From Obrimoposthia wandeli (lineage: Eukaryota): a stretch of DNA of 64,000 nt. Below are positions 30,708-42,165 of the stretch, one piece after another. Each line of letters opens with the position of its first letter. The first letter of the stretch is position 1. The notes below the pieces were generated by a model. It was not told the origin of the DNA. It made no database searches and worked only from the letters and a program-made list of their open reading frames with translations. The position numbers and the translations under genes were made by a program. Location: positions 310,001 to 374,000 of the forward strand of contig CDROCS010001101.1 of assembly GCA_977020255.1 (NCBI GenBank), read 5' to 3'.

Positions 30708-33596
30708 TTAAGCTGAATCAAGTTGTTCATTATCAACAAAATCGACTAAAAGTCGAGGTTTGGCTATTAAATAGCCTTGCACATAATCAATGCCGATTTC
30801 TGATAATATATTTTTGATATTTTCATTTTCAACATATTCGGCAACCGTCTTGATATTAACCGCCCTCGCGATATCATTAAATGACTTAACCATAGTATAA
30901 TCAATGTTATCCGTTTCAATATTTTCGACAAATGCGCCATCAATTTTGAGTTGATCAATCGGCAGTTTTTTAATGTAACTATATGAAGAAAAGCCACTAC
31001 CAAAATCATCCAAACTAAAACGACAGCCTAATGCTTTAAATTTATTCATAAACAAAATCGTTTGATCGAAATCCATAATAGCTTGGCTTTCTGTAATTTC
31101 AAAACATAACTTTTCTGGCGGAATACCATACGTGACTATCGTGTTCTCAATATAGCTGTGCATACTGCGATCAACTAAAGATTGACCACATAAATTGATA
31201 GAAGCAGAACTCAGATTAGCAAGGTGCTGAGGATTAGATGATAACCACTGACAGTAGGTTTTTACCACCCAACGATCTAACTGAGTCATAAAATTATAGT
31301 TTTCGGCCGCGGCAATAAACTCACTCGGTGATTGTAAGTTACCTTCTACATCTCTTAATCGCAGTAAGATTTCATAACGATAACCTTCTTTAATATCAGT
31401 TGATAATGGCATTATCGTTTGAAATGCTAATTCGAATCTATTTTCATCTAACGCTTCACGTAAAACGCCAATCCAGCGCATTTCACGTTGATGGCCCAGC
31501 ATCACATCATTACATTTACTGTATACGTGAACACGATTTCGCCCCTGCTCTTTGGCTGTAAAGCAGGCGGTATCAGCAAGGCTTAACGCTTGTGCAAAGT
31601 TTGCAATTGATTCGTCTAAAGTAACGATACCAATACTCACTCCTAATACAAAGTGACGTCCTTTATGCGTAAACCTAAAATCTTCGATACCACAACGGAT
31701 AGTATCTGCAACTTCTAAGGCATTATCAAAATTGGTGTGATTAAGTAAAATACCAAATTCATCTCCTCCTAAGCGTGCTAATACCGCCGTTTCATCAAGA
31801 AACGATTTTAAAACGACCGTAATTTTTTTCAGTAATGAATCACCGATATCATGTCCGCATATATCGTTAACTAATTTAAACTGATCAAGATCCATATACA
31901 GCAGGATATTGTCAGTCGTTAACGCACGATTACTTTCTAGAGCCTCTCCGACTAACTTCTCAAAATGTATGCGATTAACCAACCCAGTGAGCTGATCATA
32001 CTTTGCAATAGACTCCAGTTTAATCTCATGCTGTTTACGTTTCGTGGTATTCACGAATGAACCATCAATAACAGTAATATCGGGTTGAACATTGAAACGC
32101 ATATTAATCTCGCCATGAAATACCTCGCCATAACGATCATACCCCGTCATTTCGATGTTATTCACTTCCCCTTCAATATGAAGTGCTTCGATTATTTGAT
32201 CGCGTAGGAGTGGTTCAGCATAGAATTCTTCCGTTTTAAAATGACCACACTTGTTCATTTCTTCAAGATTAGTAAACCCTAATATATGGCACATTGAAGT
32301 ATTAATTGCTAATATTTTGCCATCTATTGATGTTGTAAACATACCCTCGGCTGCATTTTGAAATACACTGTAATAACGCTCATTAACTGATGTCATTTGT
32401 TTTTCTACATCTTTTTTAGCGACTCTGTCGTGCGCCATTTGTTTTGCAAAATTCCAGCATAAATAAACCAATACAATTAATGCCGAGCATGCTGATACAT
32501 AATCAGAAAACTCAAAATCACCAAGTAAGCCAAAGCGTGTGAGAATATGTATATCAATACCGAGTATAAAATACACCAAAGATAGTACATAAAACCGTAC
32601 ATCTTTCGACTCATCATGAATAAAAAACAAGCCACATACGATCGACAGTAACGTAATGCCTAACGCTAGAGCAGAAATTAAAATAATACTGATTTTAAAT
32701 GAGAATAATAACGGACTTGAAATAACAAGTAAGGAAGCAATAATTAACATTTTTATCGATAGCGAAAACCAAAAACGGTAGCGTAATGTAAGTAGTTGTC
32801 GTGCGAACAAACTCAGGTTTAATCCAATCCCCCCCATTAACATCACAATGATTGAATCATAATATTGGGTAATAAAGTTGATTTTGTAGACAAACCCAAA
32901 ACCTTCTATTATCCATATAACTGATAAATAACAGATAATAAAAACGATATATTGAATCAAGCGTACTTCTTGCAGATGAATATACAAAAAGCTCAAGTAA
33001 CAGATCATCATTAAGAATAAGCCAATAAACAGTCCTACCATTAATTTATGCTGTGATTGCTTATCAATAAAATCGCTAGCATTCCAAATCATGAGGGGCG
33101 TTTGTAAAAAGGCACTTGTTTTAAGACGAATAAAGTAGTTCGTTGTTTCACCAGCACCTATCTTAAAGCCCGTAGAAAACGTCAGATTAGACATATTATC
33201 GTCATTATGACGGCGAGTGCCTAATCTTTTCAAAATCGTACTACCATCATCATTAAGCAAATATAAATCAATGTTATCTAATAACGAATCACCAAAATCA
33301 ATAATGAGGTATTTATCAACATTAGCTTCATTGACAATTTTGCCCTTGAACCAGAACGTACTATCTGAAAACCCAAAGTTAAAATGAGTTTGGTTACTTT
33401 GAACCCACGGAATCGATGACTGTCTTTGAGATAAAGAATCAAATGTATACGAATTACTTTTATCTTCGAAATATTTCATCGATGAACCAAGACGAGCAAC
33501 TTCGAAATCAGAGTCGATGATAGTCCCTTCTGCCTTTGCAAAAGTACTAGTAAGACTGAATACAGTGATCAGAAATATGGATAATAAAAAATGCAT
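30708..33596 (-). CDS. 7TMR-DISMED2 / 7TM-DISM / PAS / GGDEF / EAL c-di-GMP enzyme
   Basis: FNFGFSDSTFWF (DISMED2), 7 TM segments, FQNAAEG (PAS), DLDQFKLVND..GH..GD, ARLGGDEF, EILLRL, DDFGSGFSS, LKIDG, AEYVE, QGY. Confidence 0.9.
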   Translation of the reverse strand: MHFLLSIFLITVFSLTSTFAKAEGTIIDSDFEVARLGSSMKYFEDKSNSYTFDSLSQRQSSIPWVQSNQTHFNFGFSDSTFWFKGKIVNEANVDKYLIIDFGDSLLDNIDLYLLNDDGSTILKRLGTRRHNDDNMSNLTFSTGFKIGAGETTNYFIRLKTSAFLQTPLMIWNASDFIDKQSQHKLMVGLFIGLFLMMICYLSFLYIHLQEVRLIQYIVFIICYLSVIWIIEGFGFVYKINFITQYYDSIIVMLMGGIGLNLSLFARQLLTLRYRFWFSLSIKMLIIASLLVISSPLLFSFKISIILISALALGITLLSIVCGLFFIHDESKDVRFYVLSLVYFILGIDIHILTRFGLLGDFEFSDYVSACSALIVLVYLCWNFAKQMAHDRVAKKDVEKQMTSVNERYYSVFQNAAEGMFTTSIDGKILAINTSMCHILGFTNLEEMNKCGHFKTEEFYAEPLLRDQIIEALHIEGEVNNIEMTGYDRYGEVFHGEINMRFNVQPDITVIDGSFVNTTKRKQHEIKLESIAKYDQLTGLVNRIHFEKLVGEALESNRALTTDNILLYMDLDQFKLVNDICGHDIGDSLLKKITVVLKSFLDETAVLARLGGDEFGILLNHTNFDNALEVADTIRCGIEDFRFTHKGRHFVLGVSIGIVTLDESIANFAQALSLADTACFTAKEQGRNRVHVYSKCNDVMLGHQREMRWIGVLREALDENRFELAFQTIMPLSTDIKEGYRYEILLRLRDVEGNLQSPSEFIAAAENYNFMTQLDRWVVKTYCQWLSSNPQHLANLSSASINLCGQSLVDRSMHSYIENTIVTYGIPPEKLCFEITESQAIMDFDQTILFMNKFKALGCRFSLDDFGSGFSSYSYIKKLPIDQLKIDGAFVENIETDNIDYTMVKSFNDIARAVNIKTVAEYVENENIKNILSEIGIDYVQGYLIAKPRLLVDFVDNEQLDSA

Positions 33597-33862
33597 AAAG
33601 TTGAATATCTATCTCAAAATTATTTTAAATTGATAAATCGATACTACAGAAAAGCATTATGCAAGTATATAGAGGGCTTTATAGACAGACGTTTATAGTT
33701 ATTTTATCGCGAAGTAGGTTTAATTATTTATAGGTAATAGTATTAGATTATGACTAGGCAGATAGTATGAATTTCTAGAGGTGTGGTATTCGTTACAGCT
33801 ATATCTGATATATGGCTATTATGATATGTCGATATGAATAAAGTGTATATTACAGAAACTAA

Positions 33863-33884
33863 AAAGGAGGCCGAAGCCTCCTTT
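33863..33884 (-). terminator. rplT intrinsic terminator
   Basis: Minus strand aaaggaggc-TTCG-gcctccttttt (UUCG tetraloop). Confidence 0.88.
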
Positions 33885-33910
33885 GATAACATTTACTTAA
33901 TTAATTAAAA

Positions 33911-34267
33911 TTAAGCAACTGCTTCTTTTGCTTTATTTACTAGTACAGTAAATGCCGCTTTATCGAATACAGCAATGTCTGCTAAGATCTTACGATCGAT
34001 TTCAATAGAGGCGTGTTTAAGGCCATTAATGAAACGGCTGTAAGACATACCATTTTGACGTGCAGCAGCGTTAATACGTGTAATCCATAATTGACGGAAT
34101 TGACGTTTACGTTGACGACGGTCACGGTAAGCATATTGACCAGCTTTAGTAACTGCTTGGAAGGCTACACGATAAACTCGTGAACGAGCTCCGTAATAAC
34201 CTTTAGCTTGTTTTAAGACTTTCTTGTGACGAGCACGTGCAACAACACCGCGTTTAACTCTAGGCAT
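33911..34267 (-). CDS. rplT: 50S ribosomal protein L20
   Basis: [44 protein letters not shown]. Confidence 0.99.
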   Translation of the reverse strand: MPRVKRGVVARARHKKVLKQAKGYYGARSRVYRVAFQAVTKAGQYAYRDRRQRKRQFRQLWITRINAAARQNGMSYSRFINGLKHASIEIDRKILADIAVFDKAAFTVLVNKAKEAVA

Positions 34268-34294
34268 AACTAATTTCCTCTTTTATATCTAAAA

Positions 34295-34489
34295 TTAAGC
34301 GTATGGAAGCATACGTTTTACAGATGCTACATCAGATGCTGCAACCATTTGCGTACCACGAAGGTGACGTTTACGTTTAGTGCTCTTCTTGGTCAAAATA
34401 TGACGTAGGTGAGACTGTTTGCGTTTAAAACCATTAGCGGTTTTTTTAAAGCGCTTTGCAGCGCCTTTATTCGATTTCAACTTAGGCAT
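34295..34489 (-). CDS. rpmI: 50S ribosomal protein L35 (start corrected to ATG 34489)
   Basis: [17 protein letters not shown]...HILTKK; 64 aa with GGAG SD. Confidence 0.97.
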   Translation of the reverse strand: MPKLKSNKGAAKRFKKTANGFKRKQSHLRHILTKKSTKRKRHLRGTQMVAASDVASVKRMLPYA

Positions 34490-34600
34490 TATAACTCCGC
34501 ATTGTTGAATATTAATGAATAATAATAAGGCGAGCACAAGTGTTTAAACACTCATACTACTTGGAAGCACCTACTATTTCTTTTTTGGGGCTAACACCAT
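34490..34600 (-). promoter_or_regulatory. Probable L20-binding translational operator at the infC/rpmI junction
   Basis: Position equivalent to the known E. coli/Vibrio L20 operator, with acaatgcggag next to the SD. Structure not folded. Confidence 0.35.
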
Positions 34601-35116
34601 TACAGCTTGACGACCTTCCATTTTCGGGAAAGCCTCCACGACTGCAATTTCTTTTAGATCGTCTTTAATACGATTTAAAAGATCAAAGCCTAAGCTCTGG
34701 TGCGCCATTTCTCGACCTCGGAAACGCAGCGTAATTTTTGCTTTGTTACCTTCTTCGAGGAAGCGAGTCAGGTTGCGTAGTTTTACCTGATAATCGCCAG
34801 TGTCAGTTCCAGGTCGGAATTTAATTTCCTTAACCTGAACCCGAATTTGCTTTTTCTTCTGCTCTTTAACAGACTTACTTTTCTCGTATATGAATTTACC
34901 GTAATCCATCACACGGCAAACAGGAGGCTCGGCATTCGGGCTAATTTCTACAAGATCTAGACTTAACTCTTCTGCTTTAGCAAGAGCATCTCTTATAGAT
35001 ACGATTCCAATTACTTCACCGTCAGCACCGTTTAAGCGACATTCTGGTATACGAATTTCTTCGTTTATACGATGTTGTCTGGTCGTCTGTTGTTGACCTT
35101 TTTTTCCGCCTTTTAT
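34574..35116 (-). CDS. infC: Translation initiation factor IF-3, non-canonical ATA start (180 aa)
   Basis: GGAGG-7 nt-ATA AAA GGC GGA AAA; [17 protein letters not shown] and FRGREMAH are in frame with the track ORF 34574..34912. Confidence 0.93.
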   Translation of the reverse strand: MKGGKKGQQQTTRQHRINEEIRIPECRLNGADGEVIGIVSIRDALAKAEELSLDLVEISPNAEPPVCRVMDYGKFIYEKSKSVKEQKKKQIRVQVKEIKFRPGTDTGDYQVKLRNLTRFLEEGNKAKITLRFRGREMAHQSLGFDLLNRIKDDLKEIAVVEAFPKMEGRQAVMVLAPKKK

Positions 35117-37047
35117 AACGAATCCTCCAAAGTTATTTTACCGCGGCTATTGACTTCTGTTTGTAATTTACTAATGAAGTCATCTAACTTCATAGTACCT
35201 AAGTCAACGCCCTTACGAGTACGTACTGCAATTTCTCCTGATTCGACTTCTTTATCGCCGATAACCAAAAGATAAGGCACACGTTTCAAAGTATGTTCGC
35301 GGATTTTAAAGCCTATCTTCTCATTTCTCAAGTCTAATTTTGCTCTAATGCCTATTTTCTTCATTTTTTCTACAAATTCTGTAGCAAAAACAGCCTGTTT
35401 GTCTGTAATGTTCATTACAACAGCTTGAACAGGTGAAATCCAAGTAGGGAAAAGACCAGCGTATTCTTCAATTAGAATACCAATGAAGCGCTCAAGAGAC
35501 CCTAAAATCGCTCGGTGAATCATAACAGGCGTATCACGACCGTTATTTTCACACACGTATTCAGCACCTAATTTCTCAGGCATAGAGAAGTCTAACTGGA
35601 TTGTACCACATTGCCACGCTCGATCTAAGCAATCATGCAAAGTAAATTCAATCTTAGGACCATAAAATGCGCCCTCGCCTTCTTGTATCTCGTAGCTTAG
35701 GCCACTTGCAGTTAATGCATCAGCAAGTGCTTTCTCTGATTTATCCCAAGTTTCGTCACTACCTACACGATTTTCAGGGCGTGTTGACAGTTTAATTTCG
35801 ATATCTTTGAAACCAAACGTTTCATAAGTTTCGAAAACCATCTTGATACAGTCAGATACTTCTTGCTGTATTTGGTCTTCAGTACAGAAGATGTGAGCAT
35901 CATCCTGTGTGAAGCCACGTACACGCATCAAGCCATGTAGCGAACCAGATGGTTCATTACGGTGACATGAGCCAAACTCAGCCATACGTAATGGTAAATC
36001 ACGGTAAGATTTTAAACCTTGGTTATAAATCTGTACGTGACCAGGACAGTTCATTGGTTTAATCGCGTATTCACGATTTTCCGAATGCGTACAGAACATA
36101 CCGTCTGCGTATTTGTCCCAGTGACCTGATTTTTCCCACAAGCTACGATCCATGATTTGTGGACCTTTAACTTCTTGGTAGTTAAAGTCACGTAATTTTT
36201 CACGAATGAACGTTTCTAACTCACGGAAAATCGTCCAACCATCGTTATGCCAGAACACCATGCCCGGAGCATCTTCTTGCATATGGTAAAGATCTAACTG
36301 CTTACCGATTTTACGGTGATCACGTTTTTCTGCTTCAACAAGACGCTGTAAATATTCTTTAAGGTCTTTTTTATCAGTCCAAGCTGTGCCGTATACACGT
36401 TGTAACATTTTGTTGTCAGAATTACCGCGCCAGTATGCGCCTGCAACAGACATTAATTTAAAATGTTGGCAATGTTTCATTACTGGAACATGCGGACCAC
36501 GACACATATCGATGTATTCTTGGTGATGATATAAAGCAGGCGTTTCGTCTTTGCCGATGTTCTCGTCTAAGATTGCTACTTTATAAGTTTCACCGCGCGC
36601 TTCAAATGTATCGCGCGCTTCTTGCCAAGATACAACTTGCTTAACAACTTGATAGTTAGTCTTAACAAGCTTAGTCATGTGCTTTTCTAGCTTAGCTAGA
36701 TCAGCTTCACTAATTGGTTCTTCCATTTCGACGTCATAATAGAAGCCTTTATCAATGGTAGGACCAATAGCCATCTTGGTATTTGGCCATAATTGCTTAA
36801 TAGCATGACCAAGTAAATGCGCACAAGAGTGACGAATGATCTCTAAACCATCAGCATCTTTAGATGTAATGATTTCGATTGCTGAATCTTCAGTGATCAG
36901 GTCACATGCGTCAACACGCTCACCGTTAACACGGCCAGCGATACACGCTTTAGCAAGACCAGAACTGATATCTGCGGCAATATCCATAATTGATACTGGA
37001 TTGTCAAATTGACGCTGAGCGCCATCTGGAAGAGTAATAACAGGCAT
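35113..37047 (-). CDS. thrS: Threonyl-tRNA synthetase
   Basis: [58 protein letters not shown]. Confidence 0.99.
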   Translation of the reverse strand: MPVITLPDGAQRQFDNPVSIMDIAADISSGLAKACIAGRVNGERVDACDLITEDSAIEIITSKDADGLEIIRHSCAHLLGHAIKQLWPNTKMAIGPTIDKGFYYDVEMEEPISEADLAKLEKHMTKLVKTNYQVVKQVVSWQEARDTFEARGETYKVAILDENIGKDETPALYHHQEYIDMCRGPHVPVMKHCQHFKLMSVAGAYWRGNSDNKMLQRVYGTAWTDKKDLKEYLQRLVEAEKRDHRKIGKQLDLYHMQEDAPGMVFWHNDGWTIFRELETFIREKLRDFNYQEVKGPQIMDRSLWEKSGHWDKYADGMFCTHSENREYAIKPMNCPGHVQIYNQGLKSYRDLPLRMAEFGSCHRNEPSGSLHGLMRVRGFTQDDAHIFCTEDQIQQEVSDCIKMVFETYETFGFKDIEIKLSTRPENRVGSDETWDKSEKALADALTASGLSYEIQEGEGAFYGPKIEFTLHDCLDRAWQCGTIQLDFSMPEKLGAEYVCENNGRDTPVMIHRAILGSLERFIGILIEEYAGLFPTWISPVQAVVMNITDKQAVFATEFVEKMKKIGIRAKLDLRNEKIGFKIREHTLKRVPYLLVIGDKEVESGEIAVRTRKGVDLGTMKLDDFISKLQTEVNSRGKITLEDSL

Positions 37048-37060
37048 TTTATATCCTTTT

Positions 37061-37119
37061 TGCAGTGATGCTGCCTACGATGCAGCGTTTGCATAAATTA
37101 TGGTGTTAGTAGCACACCA
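37061..37119 (-). promoter_or_regulatory. thrS translational operator (tRNA-Thr anticodon-arm mimic)
   Basis: mRNA hairpin gcugc-auCGUag-gcagc (5-bp stem, 7-nt loop with CGU at the anticodon position) inside a ugca/ugca outer stem next to the SD. A second hairpin lies at 37101-37119. Confidence 0.75.
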
Positions 37120-37403
37120 AGTGATAATGTTCAGCGAAGTGTTAAGTTATAAATAACTAACACCCACTAATAAACTGAAATTTGAGTTTCACGTTCTGTC
37201 ATCGGCAACAAAATTGTCAGCGAATGAGCAAAAGTAAAACTATAAGTAGAAAGAAATTTCAGACCAAGTATTATATAGAATTACTTTATAATTACACGGC
37301 TTTTGTTAATTTCGCGTCAATTTATCGCTATATAAAAGAATAAATACGCAATTTTCAATTAACCTCAGCCTCTATAATTTCACAAGCAATGGAATATCAT
37401 ACA

Positions 37404-38228
37404 ATGTCATACACCGGTCATATCAGTAAAATGGTTTCAACTCTCAATGCAGATAGCAGCGTAAGTTACCAGCTACCCCTCGACGATACGCTGATTCCGT
37501 TAAACGAATTTATCGGTAAATCAATCACAATGACGCACACTGGCAACATACATTGCTTGAGCTGTGGAAAAAAAACCAAGAAAAGCTATTCACAAGGCCA
37601 CTGCTTTGTTTGTACACGTAAGCTAGCAAGTTGTGACATGTGTATTATGAAACCAGAAACATGCCACTACGAGCACGGTACATGTCGTCAACCCGAATGG
37701 GCTGATGATTTCTGTATGACTGACCATTATGTTTACCTTTCAAATACATCCGCATTAAAAGTCGGCATTACTCGCCACACACAATTGCCTACACGTTGGA
37801 TTGATCAAGGTGCTACACAGGGCCTGCCTATATTCAAAGTTAAGACTCGCCTGATATCTGGGCTAGTTGAAACCGCACTTGCTGAATACATTGGTGATAA
37901 AACCAACTGGCGTACAATGCTCAAAGGCGAAAACGCCGACCTTGATTTAAAAGCAGAGGCTGCACGCTTAATGCCTTTAATCGAAGAGCAGTTAGGTCAT
38001 ATCGAAATGATGTACGGCTTAGATGCTATTGAAGAGCTTGAAGAAGAGATTGTGACGATTAACTATCCTGTTACTGAGCACCCAACAAAAATCGTCTCAC
38101 ATAACTTTGATAAAGAACCCGTTGTCACTGGTGTACTACAAGGAATTAAAGGCCAATATCTGTTTCTGGATACCGGCGTGATCAACATGCGTAAATTTTC
38201 CAGCTATGAGATCACCTTTACAGCCTAA
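37404..38228 (+). CDS. DUF2797 domain protein
   Basis: Cys-rich CLSCGKKT..SYSQGHC, HYVYL..S..KVGITR, RWIDQGA, GIKGQYL, NMRKF. ATG 37404 or 37389. Confidence 0.88.
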   Translation: MSYTGHISKMVSTLNADSSVSYQLPLDDTLIPLNEFIGKSITMTHTGNIHCLSCGKKTKKSYSQGHCFVCTRKLASCDMCIMKPETCHYEHGTCRQPEWADDFCMTDHYVYLSNTSALKVGITRHTQLPTRWIDQGATQGLPIFKVKTRLISGLVETALAEYIGDKTNWRTMLKGENADLDLKAEAARLMPLIEEQLGHIEMMYGLDAIEELEEEIVTINYPVTEHPTKIVSHNFDKEPVVTGVLQGIKGQYLFLDTGVINMRKFSSYEITFTA

Positions 38229-38271
38229 TTAGCTGACCTAACTGTCAACATATAATTAAAGCTTACGTGAC

Positions 38272-38300
38272 ACTGACCGTTAACTTCGGTCAGTTATTTG
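38272..38300 (+). terminator. Probable terminator after the DUF2797 gene
   Basis: actgaccg-N7-cggtcagt followed by tatttg (weak U tract). Confidence 0.5.
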
Positions 38301-38536
38301 ACCTGCATCACACTAATTTATACCATATTTTGTATTCCCCAGCATTTACTCTCCCTTTTTTACTCATTCTCAGTATTAAATACATAAAAAACTTAAAAAT
38401 AACCAAAACTACAGTGATTAAAACTGCTTATTACGTGATTTAATGACCACATATTCCACTCACAGTTAAACATCCAGTTTATAAGTGATGAATAAAACAT
38501 TTTAAACACGATATTAATCTAATTGGAGATAAGCAA

Positions 38537-38992
38537 GTGCAAGTTAAAGCCCCTTTCTGCGTTCGTAATGCCGCAGCTGATACATTCGCAATGGTAGTAT
38601 TTAGTTTTGTTGTGGGTATGTTGATTGAGATTTTTGTCTCAGGGATGTCGTTTCAACAATCTTTAGCTTCTAGAATGGTGTCAATACCAGTAAATATTGC
38701 CATTGCTTATCCGTATGGTTTATATCGTGACTTTATTATTAAAAGCTTTGCTAAATTAGTGAAGAATAAATTGAGTAAACAGCTTGGTGATACATTTGCT
38801 TATGTTTCTTTCCAATCACCTGTTTATGCATTAATTCTGTTATCTGTTGGTGCGGACTTCGCTCAGATCGTCACTGCAGTATCAAGTAATGCGGTTGTAT
38901 CTTGCTTTGTAGGTGTGTTTTACGGCCAGTTCCTTGACTTATGCCGTAAGCTATTTCGCGTACCTGGTTATCATGCAGGTATTAGCGCTTAA
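38537..38992 (+). CDS. alaE: L-alanine exporter AlaE
   Basis: [42 protein letters not shown]. Confidence 0.92.
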   Translation: MQVKAPFCVRNAAADTFAMVVFSFVVGMLIEIFVSGMSFQQSLASRMVSIPVNIAIAYPYGLYRDFIIKSFAKLVKNKLSKQLGDTFAYVSFQSPVYALILLSVGADFAQIVTAVSSNAVVSCFVGVFYGQFLDLCRKLFRVPGYHAGISA

Positions 38993-38999
38993 TAAATAT

Positions 39000-39030
39000 A
39001 ATGCAAAGGCATTTCAAGTGCCTTTGCATT
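39000..39030. terminator. Terminator between convergent alaE and speG
   Basis: aatgcaaaggca-N7-tgcctttgcatt. Confidence 0.75.
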
Positions 39031-39094
39031 CTCACATATTAGAGCTTGTAACAAATGCTAAATAATTCAGCTCCGATGAACCAGAACTGTACGA

Positions 39095-39619
39095 TTAGGC
39101 ATAGTGTACAATTGCGTAAGCATCTTGCAGTACATACATGCGTTTAACATCGCAGTACTGACCATTAATGAAAATCTCTTTCACCAAATGCCCCTCTTCA
39201 ATGAAACCACATTTTTGGTACAAATGAATCGCTTTTTCATTATCAATCGCCACATGCAGATATACTTTATGCAGGTTTAAAATGGTGAAAGCATAATTCA
39301 GAGCGCGATCAATCAAGGCCATGGCGTAACCTTTACCTTGGAATTCAGGGGTAATGATAATTTGAAATTCGGCATTACGGTGGATAGTATTAATCTCAAC
39401 AAGCTCAACAAGACCAACCATTTCATCATCCGTGTTTTCGACTATAAAGCGACGCTCAGTCTTGTCATGGATGTGTTTATTATACAGCTCTTCCAGTTCG
39501 TCAAATGATTCATAAGGTTCCTCAAACCAATAAGACATAATCGTACGATTATTATTGAGCTGATGAATAAAGCGTAAGTCGGTTCTTTCCAACGCACGGA
39601 GTCTAATTTCACTTGTCAT
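39095..39619 (-). CDS. speG: Spermidine N1-acetyltransferase
   Basis: [48 protein letters not shown]. Confidence 0.93.
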   Translation of the reverse strand: MTSEIRLRALERTDLRFIHQLNNNRTIMSYWFEEPYESFDELEELYNKHIHDKTERRFIVENTDDEMVGLVELVEINTIHRNAEFQIIITPEFQGKGYAMALIDRALNYAFTILNLHKVYLHVAIDNEKAIHLYQKCGFIEEGHLVKEIFINGQYCDVKRMYVLQDAYAIVHYA

Positions 39620-39877
39620 AAAACATTCCTATCAAATACATAGATTCAATCTCTAAAAACAAACAATTAATACCAACCCAACATAATCCATATCGGATAC
39701 GATAATGGCATAGATATTCGAGATATTTATACCACCTATTGAGAGGATAAGGAAAGAAATTTAAACACCAGTGTTAGCCTCTGCCGCGCGTATTTCAATT
39801 TATTCGCTTGGCTTTATATATTGCGATAATAACGAGTTATCTTGGCATTGAAATATAACCAATACCGAATAACATGA

Positions 39878-40762
39878 TTAGCTCGCCATGGTGATCATTT
39901 CTAAATCTTGGTCGGACTTTAACGTCAGGGTAATCTTAACCGCGTTATATTCAGCTAAGCTCTGTACGTGTGAACCACCGCAAGGCATCGTAATACTTTC
40001 GCCAATACCTAAGTCACAACACCAAAAGCGTGAGTCGGTCAATAAGTCACCTTCTCGTTTCATCAAAACAGGCGCTTGAGTCGTGATCCAAGTTGCTAGA
40101 ACATCATTCACTTTAGCTTCAATAGTCGCAAGATCAGTAAGCATTTCTGCTACATTAAGACCTCGTTTTTTCAGCGTTTTACCTAAACGGTAAGTGTCAG
40201 TTGATTGATTTTCAGAAACTAAACTTAATTCCTGTGCATACGAATGAAAATCACGGTTATTTAACGCATCTTTACGCGATGCATCTTTGCGCCAATAAGC
40301 TTGCTCAAGTACTTTGTTTAATGCAAAAGAAGCTAAGTGCCCAGCACTGTGCCCGCGACTAAGTGTAGCTTGATAGTCCGCATCCACAATTAGCTCGACA
40401 GTGTCATTCACGTTTAATAGCAAGTCAGCGGCTAATTCATGGACAACCACAAAATGCCAACCAGCTTCACCACGCTTTACAGGTATATCAGCGCCTTTAT
40501 ATAGTTTGTTATTTTCTATATCGAAGGCACCAGTCACGCAGTCTGTTACTGCATGTTGTTTACCTTCAAATACTAGAAAGCCTTTATCTGCTGGGTGATC
40601 AGCCCAAATATGGCTCACAGGATGGAATGGTGTATTGTCAGTCACGACACAAATACTGCTATCTGTTTGTTCAACCCATGATACCTGCGCTATCGCTTGC
40701 GTTATTCCTTGGGTAAAAAGTACTTCGGTTGGTTTTACTTGAGGAGTTAATACTTCAGACAT
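39878..40762 (-). CDS. AlaX-like free-standing tRNA editing / tRNA_SAD metal-dependent hydrolase
   Basis: TPFHP.......DKG N-terminal motif, HSAGH (HxxxH) and CGGSH (CxxxH) zinc ligands. Confidence 0.82.
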   Translation of the reverse strand: MSEVLTPQVKPTEVLFTQGITQAIAQVSWVEQTDSSICVVTDNTPFHPVSHIWADHPADKGFLVFEGKQHAVTDCVTGAFDIENNKLYKGADIPVKRGEAGWHFVVVHELAADLLLNVNDTVELIVDADYQATLSRGHSAGHLASFALNKVLEQAYWRKDASRKDALNNRDFHSYAQELSLVSENQSTDTYRLGKTLKKRGLNVAEMLTDLATIEAKVNDVLATWITTQAPVLMKREGDLLTDSRFWCCDLGIGESITMPCGGSHVQSLAEYNAVKITLTLKSDQDLEMITMAS

Positions 40763-40840
40763 CTAAATTCCTTGGGGTAACAAAAGTTATGGCTGGATAA
40801 TATCACTTCTTACAGCCAACTTCATATGAACTAAAAACCG

Positions 40841-42157
40841 CTATAGTTTTTCTAGTTGATTAATTATCTTTTGATATATCAACCAAGCGGTTAATCCAGC
40901 AAGTGTATTACCGACTAGGACACCTACAAATAGACCTTGAATATCTGCGACTTGTGAACCAACCCATAAACATGGCAGGAAGAAAGCGAATAAACGTAAT
41001 GCCGAAATAGTCAGTGCAACGTATGATCTTGCAAGCGCATTGGAAACAGAAACCATCAACATACAAATACCCAACGGGCCAAGACTTAATGGCACAATAA
41101 GCAAGTGCGAATTAAGGATACTTGCTACATTTGGTTCGCTAGTCATCAGGTCTGCAAGCTGAGTAGAAATGAAGAAAGTGATAACCGCAATGATAAACTG
41201 AAAGCCGAGAATAAACTTACAAGCAATACTGACTAATTGGCGGATCTCTGCAATTTTATTTTGCCCTAATAAACGCCCTACCATAGGTGGCATCGACATA
41301 GTTAGTGCCAGTACGGAAACAATAGAGAAGAATTCAAATCGAGAGCCTAGCGCCCAAGCTGCAACGGCTGCGGCACCATAACTAGCCAGCAGTTTAGTCG
41401 CCAGCATTGAAGAAAGCGGTGGTAAGAGTTGACTGGTCATGGCAGGTCCCATGATATTACCAAGCGAGCGAACACTTGCTGCAACATCGAGGTTGCTCCA
41501 ATCGAAACAGACCCAGTGCTTTCGAGTTACTTTCGGTGCGACAAACAAAACGCCGATACCAAAAGCAATGATCGTGGCAAGAGCTGCACCGTTAATCCCC
41601 AGATCAAAGGTGAAAATAAAAATAGGATCAAGCACTAGATTAATCACACTGGTTACCATCATCATAGTACCAGGTAACATGGTGTTGCCATTCGCCCGAC
41701 AAATACTGTAATAAAAATACAATAAAGCCCCTACCCATGCACTCACCAACCAGACTGGCCAGTAACCATCGATAACGGAATACACTGAATCAGGCGCGCT
41801 TAACAAAGCCAAAATAGGTTCTCGAATGAACCATAATAAAACACAAATCACAGCAACGCCAACACCGCCTATCATCAGCACTAAGCCACCTAATTGCTTG
41901 GCATACTGCGTTTGTCCTGCGCCTAATGCTCTTGAGATGACAGCGGTTGTGGCAATACCCAACCCAACCTGAATACCAATAATGATCATTTGGATCGGCA
42001 GCGTGAAGCCCTGTGTGGCAAGGGGCAGTATTCCTAGCTGCCCGATAAACGCACTGTCGACCAGCTGAAAACTCATCAATGACAATACACCAAACAACAT
42101 TGGCCAAGTCATTTTAAATAATTGACGAGCGAGAGGTAGGTCTGATTTAGAAAACAT
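40841..42157 (-). CDS. MATE family efflux transporter
   Basis: MTWPMLFG, LVDSAFIGQLG, RANGNT, NLVLDPIFIF, GINGAALAT. Start at ATG 42157 or GTG 42166. Confidence 0.92.
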   Translation of the reverse strand: MFSKSDLPLARQLFKMTWPMLFGVLSLMSFQLVDSAFIGQLGILPLATQGFTLPIQMIIIGIQVGLGIATTAVISRALGAGQTQYAKQLGGLVLMIGGVGVAVICVLLWFIREPILALLSAPDSVYSVIDGYWPVWLVSAWVGALLYFYYSICRANGNTMLPGTMMMVTSVINLVLDPIFIFTFDLGINGAALATIIAFGIGVLFVAPKVTRKHWVCFDWSNLDVAASVRSLGNIMGPAMTSQLLPPLSSMLATKLLASYGAAAVAAWALGSRFEFFSIVSVLALTMSMPPMVGRLLGQNKIAEIRQLVSIACKFILGFQFIIAVITFFISTQLADLMTSEPNVASILNSHLLIVPLSLGPLGICMLMVSVSNALARSYVALTISALRLFAFFLPCLWVGSQVADIQGLFVGVLVGNTLAGLTAWLIYQKIINQLEKL

Positions 42158-42165
42158 TGTATTCA

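Noticed and set aside
37061-37093. tRNA-Thr gene
   Set aside because: Only an anticodon-arm mimic in the thrS leader; no D arm, T arm or acceptor stem
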